Shown: piece after piece, positions 1 through 25,317 of the stretch
Layout of the letters: each line of letters opens with the position of its first letter
Numbering within the stretch: the first letter of the stretch is position 1
Assembly (NCBI GenBank): GCA_964016885.1
Contig: OZ024757.1
Coordinates: forward strand, 27,156,001-27,220,000
Reading direction: 5' to 3'
Source of the DNA: Eledone cirrhosa
Taxonomy: Eukaryota
DNA: 64,000 bases
Position numbers and translations under genes: made by a program
Notes under the pieces: model-generated
The model's input: the letters and a program-made list of their open reading frames with translations, nothing else
What the model was told of the DNA's origin: nothing
Database searches by the model: none

Positions 1-45
1 TTTCTTTTTTTTTTTTTTTTTTACAAACCCCTCTTTTTTTTAAAA

Positions 46-51
46 TTTATT
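46..51 (-). terminator. Candidate polyadenylation signal AATAAA for a ~4.3 kb NR5A 3'UTR
   Basis: tttatt at 46-51 lies about 24 nt before a genomic A-run (plus-strand T-run at 1-22). Other AATAAA hexamers occur nearer the stop. Confidence 0.3.
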
Positions 52-1546
52 TTCTAAAATTTTGCTTAAAAAGATAACTTTATATAATTTTTCTTTCTGT
101 CCATAATTATATTAAAATATTTCTTCTCTTTACAAACAGTTGCTTTGAACCCTTCCCTCCCACAACATTGCTGCAAGCAAGGTTAATACTTGGTTGGTTC
201 CAGAGGAAATAAATGGTAAATATATAGATACATACAAATGTATATATATATATATATTTACACACACATACGTATATATTTCTACACACAAACATATATA
301 TGTATATCTATATACATATATTGTGATTTGCGTGAAGCTACTCTTGGTATTGTGATTTCGTCAAATTAATGTATGTATATATATGTATATTTATATGTAT
401 ATATGCATATATTCATTTATATATGTATATATTCATATATACATGTATATATTCTTATATGTATATGTTGATTTAGTTGCCAATGACCCGACCATGTAAC
501 AGGTTGTACTGGGTTACATGATACCAGTAGCACTAACGAGCGACCTGACATATATATATATATATATATTTTTATTTTCAGAAACACAGTAACATCATGA
601 GAGGAAACACAGAAACCATTGGAGTAAAATAAAAAAAAAAGAAGCTGCTCTCTCAAGTTGTTATACTTTGTCTTCTTCTCTCACTCTGTTTCTTTCTTTC
701 ATCCATTGTCTCCTTGTTAAACAATGCCTGACATCTTTCTGTGACAGTCTTGCGTCAGTTGTTGCTCCCAAGTCTTGGTGAAAGTTGAAAGGAATGTTAA
801 CCCTTCTGATACCAACCCCTAATTCTACAATTCAATGCTGTTTCTTATCATATATTTATATTTATCAAAAAACGTTCCATAATAATTGTATACAAGAAAC
901 TTTAAGTTAAGCTCCAACCACCAGGTAAATATTCAGAAAAATAATTAAATTACTAAATCTTTTGAAATTCTTGATTATTTTCAAAATTATCTGAGTACCA
1001 TAGGCAGTGTCTTTCATCGGAAATATGGTAACAAAATGGTTAAAATATTTATGTTTATCTAAATAAACCTTCCCCTATAATTTCTTGCAATAACCAAACA
1101 TTAGATATATATCCTAAGAATATCAGTTATGTTACTAAATCCCTCCAGCTTCTTCATTATTTGAAAAAATAATGTCTTTCATTAGAAATAATCCAGCAAT
1201 GCAGTAGTACAAGATAATTAACAGACCCATTAAAAAAGTCAATGTACAATTTACTTTTGTAAATAGGTACTATGGTAATGTACAATTCACTATTATAGAT
1301 AGGTTCTATGGTAAGGTACCATCCACTGTAAATATGTACTATGGCACAATGTGGTTCTCTGTTGTAATAGGTACTATGGTAAGGTATGGTTCACTTACCA
1401 TAGTCTTTACTGAGGATCCACCCACTGCTGTAGTCACAGAACATCTACCACAGTCCTCATGTATATACACAAATATTATCACAGAATATTTCATATTGTA
1501 ATTTACTTTTTCTTTGTCAATTCTCACCCTCCACCTCGTATCGCTC

Positions 1547-1776
1547 TGATCGATCGACAAGATCCCAGACCTCATCAAATCGAACCAAGAAAACTTTTGT
1601 TTCCATTGATCTTTCCATTGCTAATACTATCTATCGGTCGCAAATCCAGGCAGAAGGAGCAACGTGAAAAAAAGTGTCTTGTTCAAGGACACAATGCATC
1701 ACCTGGTCTGAGAATTAAACTTACAGCCTCACGATTGTGAATCCAACTCTCTAACTACTAAGCCACGCTCCTTCAC
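1547..1776 (-). mobile_element. tRNA-derived SINE variant with a different tail
   Basis: Same head and core start, but tail ...gaggtctgggatcttgtcgatcga. Relatives at 17186-17409 and 29358-29618. Confidence 0.7.
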
Positions 1777-2126
1777 TATAATACCTCCCACTCTTATACA
1801 ATCCTCACCTCCTACTATATAAACCCCCACCACAATATCCTCCTCGTCATCACTCATGTTTTGTTGTTGTGGCACAAAGAAGTTTTTGTAAATTACTCAC
1901 TTTCCTATCCTACCACCACATCCTCCCCCTATGCCATCATATCCACCTCTTCACCAGTCATGTATTCTTGATATACTACAGTGTATTTTCATTAATTATT
2001 CCCCCTCTCGTTTTCGTTAATCCAATTTTGTTTTATCGACCCCGTAAGGATGAAAGACAAAGCTAACCTTGGCAGTTGACTATGGCGGGATTTCAACTTA
2101 CAACATGAAGATTTGGAAAAATTTCC

Positions 2127-2330
2127 GTAACTCTTTAGCATTTAAACTGGCCATATCAGGCGAGAATTCTCTCACCTCTTTCTGTTCTAACTGGCGGCTC
2201 ATACTGATGTTAAGGTATTGTTCTCAAAATAAACAATATCAAAATCTCATAGATTCAATATTATGTGAGGTAAAGCCTTTACTATGAAAATATAATAGTA
2301 ACTTTAGAGTAATGTAACCGCTAAAGAATT
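2127..2330. mobile_element. Same TTAA MITE family
   Basis: taactctttagcatttaaactggcc... body matches 57161-57377. Confidence 0.68.
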
Positions 2331-2380
2331 AGGGTTAGGTAAGGCATTTTTTTCCAACACTAACAATTCTGCCAACCCAA

Positions 2381-2476
<96 letters not shown>

Positions 2477-2998
2477 CATATATATGTTAATGATAATGAT
2501 GAAGTTGATGAAAAAAAAAAATTTTATTTACAGCTCACCCATATGTAGGTTTAGCTGACCTCCTACAAGGTTGCATTTTCTCATAGGGTTCTCATGTGTT
2601 TCTTGGACCCTAGCCCAATCCTGAAAAGCAATGTGAAATGAAGCAACATGCTGTTTTTACCAGAAATCGAACCCATGGTCTTATGATCATAAATCAAACA
2701 CCCTAACCCTTTTTAGGGGAAAAAAAAAACCCAGATGAAAACCCCTCCTTCCTTCTCTCTGCATCTTTTGCTTATCTTTTCCTCCTCTTCATTCTCCTAA
2801 ACCAACGTCAACAACAAAACAGAAAGAAGAAACAAAGAAATAAAAAAAACAAAACCAACAAATTAATAAAAGAACAAAAAGAACAAAGAAAGAAGAAACA
2901 AAAACAAAAAAAAGAACAACAAAATTATCTCCAGAGTTTTGAGGTTTATAAAAAAAATTCACAAATACGACACATTATATATATATACATATATATAC

Positions 2999-3051
<53 letters not shown>

Positions 3052-3181
3052 CATATATACATATATACATATATATACACATATATATATATATAGATAT
3101 ACGCATATATATAGATATATATATACATAGATATATATTCACATATATAGCATATACATATGTAATAATGATAATAATAAT

Positions 3182-3238
<57 letters not shown>

Positions 3239-4294
3239 ACAGTAATAACAATAACAATAGTGGTATGGGGGAACAATAAACCCTAAAACTCCTTCGTTAT
3301 CAGATTTCATATTTCATTTCACAGTGTTCTTCAGTCTTTCAGTTCTGTATTTTTGTTGATTTGAAACTCTAAGATGCCAGTGACACACAGACAGACATAG
3401 ACACAGATAGACACACAGACACAGTGAGATAAACATCACAGACAGATACTACTGGTAAACAGACAACAGCCACTATTGATAGACGTAATTGATTCTACTT
3501 TTGGCACAATGCCAGCAATTACCCCAGTGCATTACTGGTACTTTATTTTATCGACCCTGTAAGGATGAAAGGCAAAGTTAACCTGGGCGGGATTTGAACT
3601 CATAACGTAAAGGGCCATAACTCTATGCTGCAAAGCATGGCGTCTGATGCTTTACCGATACTGCCAACCCACTACAGATAGACATAATGACAGGCACAGA
3701 CATACAACATAGATAGACAGATAGATAGACAGGCATCATAGATAGACAGACACACAGACAGACAGAGCTCATCACAAGAACTCAGCTACTGTTTCAGGGG
3801 AAGAAAAAAAAAATAATATATATAGATATATATATATATATATATAAACAAAACAAAACAAAACAAAACAAAACAAAACAAAACAAAAAAAAAATAAAAC
3901 AACAAAACAACAGGGTGTTTCTGTGTGTGTATGTGTGTGTGTGTGTGTGAGTGTGTACACTTCTCATCGTGGTGTCATCACCATTGTCATCATCCTCATC
4001 ACCATAGTAACTATGATGCTACAAAGATGCTGCATGCTGAAGAAAAATGCCAACAGAAACAAAAAAAAAAAAAATTAAAATAAAATAAAATAAAAAAAGC
4101 CGCAGCTAGTTTTCTTGTCTTTTTGTCGTAATGCACTGCAAACTTTATCTTTCCGGCATTATCTTCACAGCACCCCTATCCCACACCCCAGCCAACCCAA
4201 CTCCCCATACCCCTGTAGTTCTCCCACCCTTCCCCACCAGCCCAACAAAAGAATCTACACCGTCTGGATTAAGCCTACTAAGGCAGGCATTGTC

Positions 4295-16440
<12,146 letters not shown>

Positions 16441-16819
16441 TTATGGAGTATCTATAGAGACATTTCAGTCACTCCTTGTCACAGAATACTCCATGGCCAC
16501 ATGATGGATTTTGTGTCAAATTCCAAAATATATCATCACTCTGTTGGTTTGGTTACTTACACACTCTGTTGCACACAAGGGGAACTCATCTGTGATAGCT
16601 AGATTGTCAACTGGTCTATTGGTAGAGAAGTTTAGAGTCAAGTGAGGTAGAGGACAGTATTGTATAGGTGTGTAAGTATGTGGCAACACACACATACTGT
16701 ACAAAAGAAATTCACACAGAAGCACAGTTCACACACACAGCAAGTTGTATGACAAGTCAGTGAGTTCTCTCAGAGCACGTATGTGTGCATGTATGTGTGT
16801 GTATATATGTGTGCATGTA

Positions 16820-16860
<41 letters not shown>

Positions 16861-17149
16861 TACATGAATCAAAGTTCTGTTTAAATCATTTATTTGCTTA
16901 CAATTGTTTCTTCCAAACCGAGGTTTGGAGTCTTCGGAGCAATTATTCAGTGATTTTTTACATACTTGACCTCCTTTTCAACAAAAGAGACATATAGAAA
17001 CATGTGTATATATTGACCCACAGTGGGTTGACATCCATTATAATAATAATAAGATAGTAATAAATTACTGTCTTTCACTATTTAGGGTTTAAAATATATA
17101 TAACTATAAAAGGTTTTAGTATATACATAACCATAAATAGTATCCTTAA

Positions 17150-17185
<36 letters not shown>

Positions 17186-17498
17186 CAGTCGATCGACAAG
17201 ATCCCAGACCTCATTCGCTTAACAAGAGGGCTGGAGCTCGTCTTTCCAATTGCTGATACTATCTACCAGTCGCAATTCCTGGCAGAAGGGGCAACATGAA
17301 ATAGAGTGTCTTGCTCAAGGACATAATGCCTCTCTCAGCCCGGGAATCAAAATCACAACCTCACGATTGCTAATGCAATTCTCAAACCACTCAGCCACAC
17401 ACCTTCACATATATATATATATATATGTCTAACCCATGCTAGCGTGGAAAATGGACGTTAAACGAAGATGATGATGATGATGATATACATGTAAAATG

Positions 17499-17557
<59 letters not shown>

Positions 17558-18325
17558 CATTCGGTAGGTCATGGGTTGATGATAATATGAATTTTTTATA
17601 GCTATACTATATCAAACTACAGCTTACCATATTATACACTCTCTCACTCTGTCCACGTTTACACCATTCCACATTGCCACCACATCCCCCAACCTCTCTA
17701 AATGCCACACCACCACTCCATACCACTGTTAATCTACAATAGTTCTACACCATTCTGAATGAATAATCAACCATAGCTAATCTGCTTCAGCACTCTGTTA
17801 TCTCCAAAGTTTAGCCAGTTAAACTAATCCTCTCTCTCCATGGAAGATCTATGAACAATCACCTAAGTACAGATGTACAGATACAGGCATGGCTGTGTGG
17901 TTAAGAGGTTTGCTTTGAAACCATGTGGTTTCAGGTTCAGTCCTACTGCGTGGCACCTTGACTCTTTTGTTATCATAGTTCTAAAAAAAAAACCCATTGA
18001 ATGTCATATGTCTGTTAGGAGGTGCTACAAGAGAGATATATAAAGAGACAAGTAGACACACAGAGTGGTAGACATAGAGAGAGAGGTTGACAGGCAGACA
18101 AATAGACTGATTGCCAGGTAGAGAGACAGACAAGTAGAGACTGTATAAAGAGAGAAAGCGATATATATATATATCATTATTCTTATACTATTATACTATG
18201 CTCTGCGTGAGCATTGAGTGCTCACCTGGCATACCGCCTACAGGCGCAATTTTCTTGCATCTATACACCTATATATATATATACGATATATTAACAAATG
18301 GAAACTATATTTATAAAACCATATT

Positions 18326-18390
18326 TATTTCATTATACATATTTCAAGAATACCAAAGCAAATTATGGTGCGCTTTCATCAGAAAAAATA
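18326..18390 (-). ncRNA. Minimal type I hammerhead ribozyme motif, left arm of fold-back
   Basis: tatttttt-CTGATGA-aagcgcacca..tggtattctt-GAAA-t-atgt-a-TA-atgaaata. Confidence 0.65.
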
Positions 18391-18557
18391 TAATATAGAT
18401 CAGTTTTATAAACAAATATTGACATACCCTTAAAGAATGCGATCATGTCGGTTGGAAGCTCCCGGATAGTCATACAACTTGTCATACAACTTCCAACCGA
18501 CATGGTCGCATTCTTTAAGGGTATGTCAATATTTGTTTATAAAACTTATCTATATTA

Positions 18558-18622
18558 TATTTTATCTGATGAAAGCACACCATAATTTGCTTTGGTGTCC
18601 TTGAAATATGTATAATGAAATA
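18558..18622 (+). ncRNA. Minimal type I hammerhead ribozyme motif, right arm of fold-back
   Basis: tattttat-CTGATGA-aagcacacca..tggtgtcctt-GAAA-t-atgt-a-TA-atgaaata. Confidence 0.72.
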
Positions 18623-18919
18623 AATATGGTTTTATAAATATAGTTTCCATTTGTTAATATATTGTATTTTTACTCCAATAATTTGTTGAGTGCTTTATAT
18701 CAGTTATAAAAATATTTGCTTGTTGTATCCCAACAAATTAAATATAACTTCTACATATATATATATGTAGAAGTTGTATTTAATTTGTTGGAATTCCGAC
18801 AAACATAAATGTTTATAACTGATATAGAGCACTCAACAAGTTACTGGAGCAAATATTCCAAGATATTAATAAATGGAAACTATATTTATAAAACCATATT
18901 TATTTTATTATATATATTT

Positions 18920-18965
<46 letters not shown>

Positions 18966-19373
18966 GGGGTAGTGAGCAAGATGGATATATATATAGAGAG
19001 AGAGGGAGAGAGAGAGAGTGATCAGGATTATATCAGTTTTAAACTGAGACCATTATTTAGTCAGGACCCAACTCTCTAATCATCATCAGCATCATCATCT
19101 TCGTTTAATATATATATATAATTGGTGTTGGATGCTTAAAGCGTCCGTATGCGGTAGGCTGTATGAGCACTCGATGCCCTCATAGAGCAGAGTATGATAT
19201 CCCAGAAAAAAGAGAATCAGTGTTGCGACGAAAGGAATTTATTGGACATATTACAATTGTTTCTCGGGCGACCAGCTCGACACACGATCGATATGGTGAT
19301 CAAACCTGACTCTGAAATCACGCAGTCTTCGGATACGTCTCGATTCTACGAAGCAGATTTTCCTATATATTCC

Positions 19374-19405
<32 letters not shown>

Positions 19406-20670
19406 CATACAGAGAGAGAGAGAGAGGGAGGGAGAGGTGGATATAGCTAGAGATAGATAGCTAAATAGATAGATAGCTAGCAATGGCTGGTTAACACACT
19501 AGCAACCAAATACTTAAGAAAACTTCATGGAGATTATTATTTTTTTTCCATCTTTTAAACGTTTTTTGTAGTAGTTCTGTAAAATAGACAAGAAGAAACA
19601 CATCAATACATACACACACCAATACATACACATACACACACCAATACATACACATACACACATGCACACAACAATATACACACACACACAACAATACATA
19701 GACACACACACGCCAATACACAGACATATCAATACATACACCAATACACACACAGACATACCAATACACACACAGACACACCAATACGCACACACACAGA
19801 CATACCAATACACCGAAAACAAAGCAATAAAAGAATATTCTAGAACAATGTTTTAGAAGAGGTGAGTGGATGGGGGAAGTGGTGATGTGGGGGAGGGGAC
19901 GGGGGAGACGGGATACAACAACAACAACAATAATAACTAAAAATAACAGCAATATCAACAACAATAATAACAATAACATGGACAAGAACAACAGCAATAA
20001 AAACAACTACAACTAGAACAACAACAACAACAACAGCAATAACAAGAATAACATGGACAAGAACAGCAATAGCAACAACAACATCTCTAAATAGAGATAT
20101 GAAATGTCATCATGACTGCCACATATTACATAACATCAGCATCATCATCAGCAACATTTTCTTGTGAGACTACTTGTTGATGTGTTTGTATGTGTACGTA
20201 CACATATACAAACACAAACACACACAAACACACCCATACAAACACAAACACGCCCATACAAACACAAACACACACATACAAACACAAACACACCCATACA
20301 AACACAAACACACACATACATACACAAACACACCCATACAAACACACACATACAAACACAAACACACACATACATACACAAACACACACATATACAGGTT
20401 GAGCCCGAATCATTTCAAAATATAATACCTCTTTTATTCATTATAAAAAATTAATTGTAAAAAAAAAAGTTACAATATTTTAAAACCGTCTAGTGGCTTT
20501 TGGGTGAAGCCGGTGTTTGGAACATAACTTAACAAAGGATCTCTCATGAAATCATGATGGAAGGGTTCTAGATAAATATATATATATATTTATGGAAGAT
20601 GGACGTTATGATGATGTTGATGATATATATATTTTTTTATCTAGAACCCTTCCATATATATACATATATA

Positions 20671-20855
20671 TGAAAAAATTCTGGACCTCAACGGCTGAGC
20701 TCCAGTCTTTTCAACAGTTCGGACCTAGCTGTTGAAACAGCCTGAGCTCAGCTGTCGGGAGTCCTGAATTTTTTCATATTACCCACTCTACTATTCTAAG
20801 TATCGAGTACTCTGGTGAATAATGATCTAACTGGTTTTTACCACACCCTATCTGA
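20671..20855 (+). mobile_element. Hairpin-headed element, diverged copy
   Basis: Imperfect inverted repeat 20671-20776 plus the shared tail. Confidence 0.6.
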
Positions 20856-21157
20856 TATATATATATATATATATATAGTAATAATAATAAATTTGAAGAC
20901 TAAAATCCAAAGAGGGCTCGATAAGGATAAATATATATCAAATATATAAGAATCTTAGAGCAAATAAACGATTCTTTGCTTAAACTTTAATCTGTTATTT
21001 TAATAAATATATATATATATCTGTATCTGGTTGATGGCTGAGAGAAGGAGTACTCAATACCAAAGTCTAGTGACTCAGTGATAAGCAGGTGAAACTACAG
21101 AGTAATAAGACTCACTTTTTAGCCTTAATAATGTTGAATATAAATATATATATATAT

Positions 21158-21260
21158 ACAGGGTGTCCTCCCCAAAAATGTATACACAAAGGTTGCGCAT
21201 TCTAATAAATATTGCCTGTACAAGTAATCAAAGTGTGTATACATTTTTGGGGACACCCTG
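21158..21260. mobile_element. Tc1/mariner-type MITE
   Basis: TA-cagggtgtcc..aaaaatgtatacac / gtgtatacatttttggggacaccctg-TA. Relatives at 52014-52089 and 52198-52268. Confidence 0.75.
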
Positions 21261-21266
21261 TATAAA

Positions 21267-21444
21267 CAGGTAAAATTCCGTTATAATGAATACCATTATA
21301 ACAAATTTTTCAGTATAACAACATTTTTTTCAATCCCCGGCCACACATTCAATGTGTTAAGTCAATCTCTTTATAAAGAATTTTTTCATTGCAACAAATA
21401 TTTTTTTTATACCCTGTGAATTTCGTTATAACAGAATTTCACTG
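21267..21444. mobile_element. Pogo/Tigger-type MITE
   Basis: caggtaaaattccgttataatgaa / ttcgttataacagaatttcactg-ta inverted termini. Confidence 0.6.
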
Positions 21445-21538
21445 TATGTATGTAAAAGGTAAACAGAAATAACAACACAATCAGTACAGTATATGGAAGG
21501 AATATATTGGGTTAATGCTTGAAATAGCAGGAAGAGGG

Positions 21539-21574
21539 TCTTAAAGTTTCGGATGCTAGTCCTTCATCAGAAGA
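21539..21574 (-). ncRNA. Degenerate copy of the short hammerhead motif
   Basis: tctt-CTGATGA-aggactagcatcc-GAAA-cttt-aaga. Loop III and stem II are mutated relative to the 47546 copy. Confidence 0.45.
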
Positions 21575-21753
21575 AAGTATGAGAAATTAGAAAGATTGAA
21601 GGGATGGGCGGGGCGAAATTGGAAAAAATGTTTTTAGAGAAAAATAACAGGTCCATTCATGTTGCTATGTCTTGGAACACTGTTGATGCTGGCGTTTTGT
21701 GTATGATATACTTATTTTTTAGAAAAGTGGATGATGGAGCGCATCTACCTGAA

Positions 21754-22055
21754 TATCATCATCATTTTACGCCCGCTTTTCCTTGCTTGCAAGGGTAGGA
21801 CGGGTCCTATTCAGCACAGCATCTCTCCACTTGTCACGGTCTTTCGTCATCTCCTCCGTGAGTTTCAGCGATGTGAGGTCTGCTCTCACCACCTCCGCCC
21901 GTGTTTTTCGTGGTCTTCCTTCTACTGGGATTTTTTGGCACTTCTTTACCCAGCGGTCATCCTCCATGTGCATCACATGACCATACCATCTCAGTCTTCT
22001 CTCCTGCAAACCACAACTTATCCTTCTTATACCCAGTTTCTTTCTCAACTCATCT
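21754..22055 (-). mobile_element. RTE-clade LINE 3' fragment (family B)
   Basis: LQERRLRWYGHVMHM...GRPRKT...DRDKWRDAV, with an (ATG)n tail. Confidence 0.85.
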
Positions 22056-24559
22056 ATGCTTTAAATATATTGAGATGTATTGTAGAAGCAGTAGTTTCAG
22101 GTGGTTTGCTATCAAAAGGGTGAAGTATGTGTGTGTGACATCAACACAGTATACAACCACCACCACAACACCACCGAGTGATGGTGGCTGCCGTGCCAAT
22201 AGTTATTACACCTTGCCACTGACATTCCCAGATGAACAAAGGTTGGTGTGAAGAGTTCAAATTCCATGTAATCACTCAAGCCCTCACACTAAGCCTGTCT
22301 TTTTGAATTTACTCACACAGTCTGATGTGAAAAGAGGATTTCATCTGTAAACCCCTAAACTATGTCAACTGAGATAGTAGTGGTGGTTGTGGTGGTGGTT
22401 GTGGTAGTAGTGGTGGTTGTAGCCGTGGTGGTGGTGGTTGTGGTGATGGTGGTTGTGGTGGTGTAGTGATGGTTGTAATAGTGGTGATGGTAGTGGTTGT
22501 AGTGCTGATGGTTGTGGTGGTGGTTGTGATGGTTGTTGTAGCTGTAGTGGTGGTAGTGATGGTGTTGATGATAGCTTGGATAAATCTCAGTAGAGACATA
22601 TCAATCATTGAGGCTAGATATGGAAGCATGTGTCACAGAAGCCAGCTGGTGCTTTCTCAAGTATGGATGGCCAGCATTGTCATAATTGAAGCATGCGAGG
22701 CTCTTATCTGTAAAGTATGGCAACCTGATGAGATGACTGAGAGTCCATCTATTGTCTCCCCCTCTCTCTATCTATCTATATCTCCCTCCATCTCTCTCTC
22801 TCTCAAGTATAGAAACCTTCCAACAATGTCATCCATATCACTTCTCCTTGTCCTATTAATAGCCATAGTACTAAGGCTATTAATAGATTGAACCGACAGC
22901 AGAAGGAAAGAACTGCATCACCTCTTAGGAAAAATATCGGTCACAAATCAGGGCACTGGTGCCCTTAGTGAAGAGGAGAAGAAGTTAGCCAAATACGTAG
23001 ACTTGACCGACTGCTGTAGAAACCAAGCCAAAATCAGTTCTGTATCAGCAAGACATGGTCATCTGACCTGGCTTGTCTCACAACTGGACAACTCGTCTAA
23101 CCCATGTTGGTCATGATGATGAGAGAGAGGAAAGTCGACCCCAGTGCATTACTGGTACTTTATTTTATCGACCCTGTAAGGATGAAAGGCTAAGATGACT
23201 TTGGTAGGATTTGAACTCAGAACATAAATGGCTGTAATTATATACCGCAAAGCATGTTTGCCAATGCTCTACCGATTCTGCCAATCCATTACCTTAATGA
23301 CAATAATATGATGATAATAATAATAATAATTTCTACTAAAGGCACAAGGCCAGCAATTTTGAGGGAAGGGGAAAGTTGATTAAATCGACCTCAGTGCATT
23401 ATAATTATAATGAAATTATTGTGTACAGTGCTCAGGTGCACTACAAACCATCAAAGGCACATATATAGTACATAGAATAATGTAGAAATGTCAGGAAAAC
23501 GAACAGCGTATGAGTCTTGATATACATACAGATACACACAAACATGTGTATGGAGGGGGAATATCAGGTGTAGTGTTGGCGAATTTCAGGAAGCATGGAA
23601 GTTTTGAAGGATGCAGTGTCCCGACAGCTCTGGTGTTTTATTCTATCAACCCTCTATGGATGAAAGGTAAACCTAACCGCATCGGGATTTGAAATCAGAC
23701 TGTAAAGGGCCATAACCCTATACTACAAAACATGCCGTTTGACGCTCTACTGAATACTATGTCTCTTTAGTTGTTGTTTTCTTTTGATCTCTGCCACAGG
23801 CTATATTAGTTCCATAGCAGTTTACTAGAATATCTCACCAACAAAAATATCTGGAGATTTCATTCTAATAAGAGGATGATTTTTAAATTTGGAACCCACT
23901 AATTTTCATAACAATAAGCATTCGCAAACATTATTTGTGATTAGAATAAACTATTTTCACAGTGTGTGAGATTGAGATATTTATATGTATATATATATAT
24001 ATGTGTGTGTGAGTGTGTGTGTGTGTGTGCATACGTAAAAACACATTATATATATATATATATATAGAGAGAGAGATAGATAGATAGATAAATAGTTAGA
24101 TATATCCATAGGTGGGGCCCACTTATGTTAGTATTTGTCTAATTACCTGTTTAGAAATGTTCTCAGTTCCATTGTTGTTGAGACACACAGAGACACACAC
24201 ACGCATACATACACAATTCATTTGTAAAAGAAAATCAAAACACCAGAACAAAGATGTGAGAACTCTTGAAATAGTTCTAGTTGTGAATGTATGTGTGTGT
24301 GTGTGAATGCATGTGTTGATAAGTGACTGTGAATGTGTGTATATATGTGTGTGTGTGTGTGTGTGTGTATGTTTGGAGAGTGGGGTACATTCCTTCAGTT
24401 GAAAAAAAAAATGAAAATTCAGTCAAATTGTTATTATCTGTGTCATCTAAGTTATGTAGCAGCAGTGTACTGTCGGTGTACACTGCAAGTGTACCGATAG
24501 TTCAGTGTAAGTGTAAAAACAGTGTGCCAACAGTCCACTGTTTAGTGCATCCACAATAT

Positions 24560-24750
24560 CCTACTGTAAGTGTATCAACAGTCCAGTGTAAATGTATCAA
24601 CAGTCCAGTGTAAGTGTATCAACAGTCTAGTGTAAGTGTATCAACAGTCTTGTATAAGTGTATCAACAGTCCTGTATAAGTGTATCAACAGTCCAGTGTA
24701 AGTGTATCAACAGTCCAGTGTAAGTGTACGGATAGTCCAGTGTAAGTGCA
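24560..24750. repeat. 22-bp minisatellite
   Basis: gtgtaagtgtatcaacagtcca, about 8 copies. Confidence 0.85.
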
Positions 24751-24829
24751 TCTTGAAAGGACTAAAGATGAATTTGGCCTAAGCAGGATATGAACTCGGA
24801 GCACAGAGAACCAGAATGATTACCTCAAA

Positions 24830-25317
24830 GCTTCTTCTTCGCCCACTTATTCCTGAGAGGGTAGTGGGGGCAGAGTCCTCAAACACTCCTTCCAGTGGGT
24901 CCTGTCAGAAGCAACCGTCGTCAACTGATCAGGCTGGATCCCCAAGCATGAGCACCCAAGCTCATGGATATTATCCAACCATCTTGCTTAGGGTTTACTT
25001 CTGGGTCTCTTCCCAGTTGGTTTTGCCCATAAAATCTGTCCAGCGATTCTTTCCTGAGACATTCTAACCTCATGCCCATAGTATCGTAGCTGTGATCTCT
25101 CAATTCAGAGAAGTAGCGGCTCTACCTGGAGTGACTCTCTGATCTCTGAGCTACACACTCTATCAAGTAACGTTACTCCAAAGACCCTTCGGAGGAACCC
25201 CATTTCAGCTGATTGTATTTGCAATCGTATTCTTTTGGTCAGTACCCAAGATTCATGCCCACAAGTAAGGGTTGTCATGAATACCGATTTGAAGATATTG
25301 AGTTTAGCTTTTAGCAC
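24830..25317 (-). mobile_element. RTE/Expander-like LINE 3' fragment, decayed
   Basis: LTCGHESWVLTKRIRLQIQSAEMGFLRRV...IRESLQVEPLLL*IERSQLRYYGH, with in-frame stops. Confidence 0.8.

Larger units (their letters stand above)
18281..18910. mobile_element. Penelope-like palindromic cluster (large fold-back plus tail-to-tail copy)
   Basis: Arms 18281-18458 and 18490-18667 are inverted. 18766-18910 is an inverted relative of ~18612-18755. Confidence 0.65.

Noticed and set aside
22360-22740. Possible upstream coding exon (Thr/Pro-rich ORF)
   Set aside because: Mostly (ACC)n repeat, with no phase-compatible donor identified.
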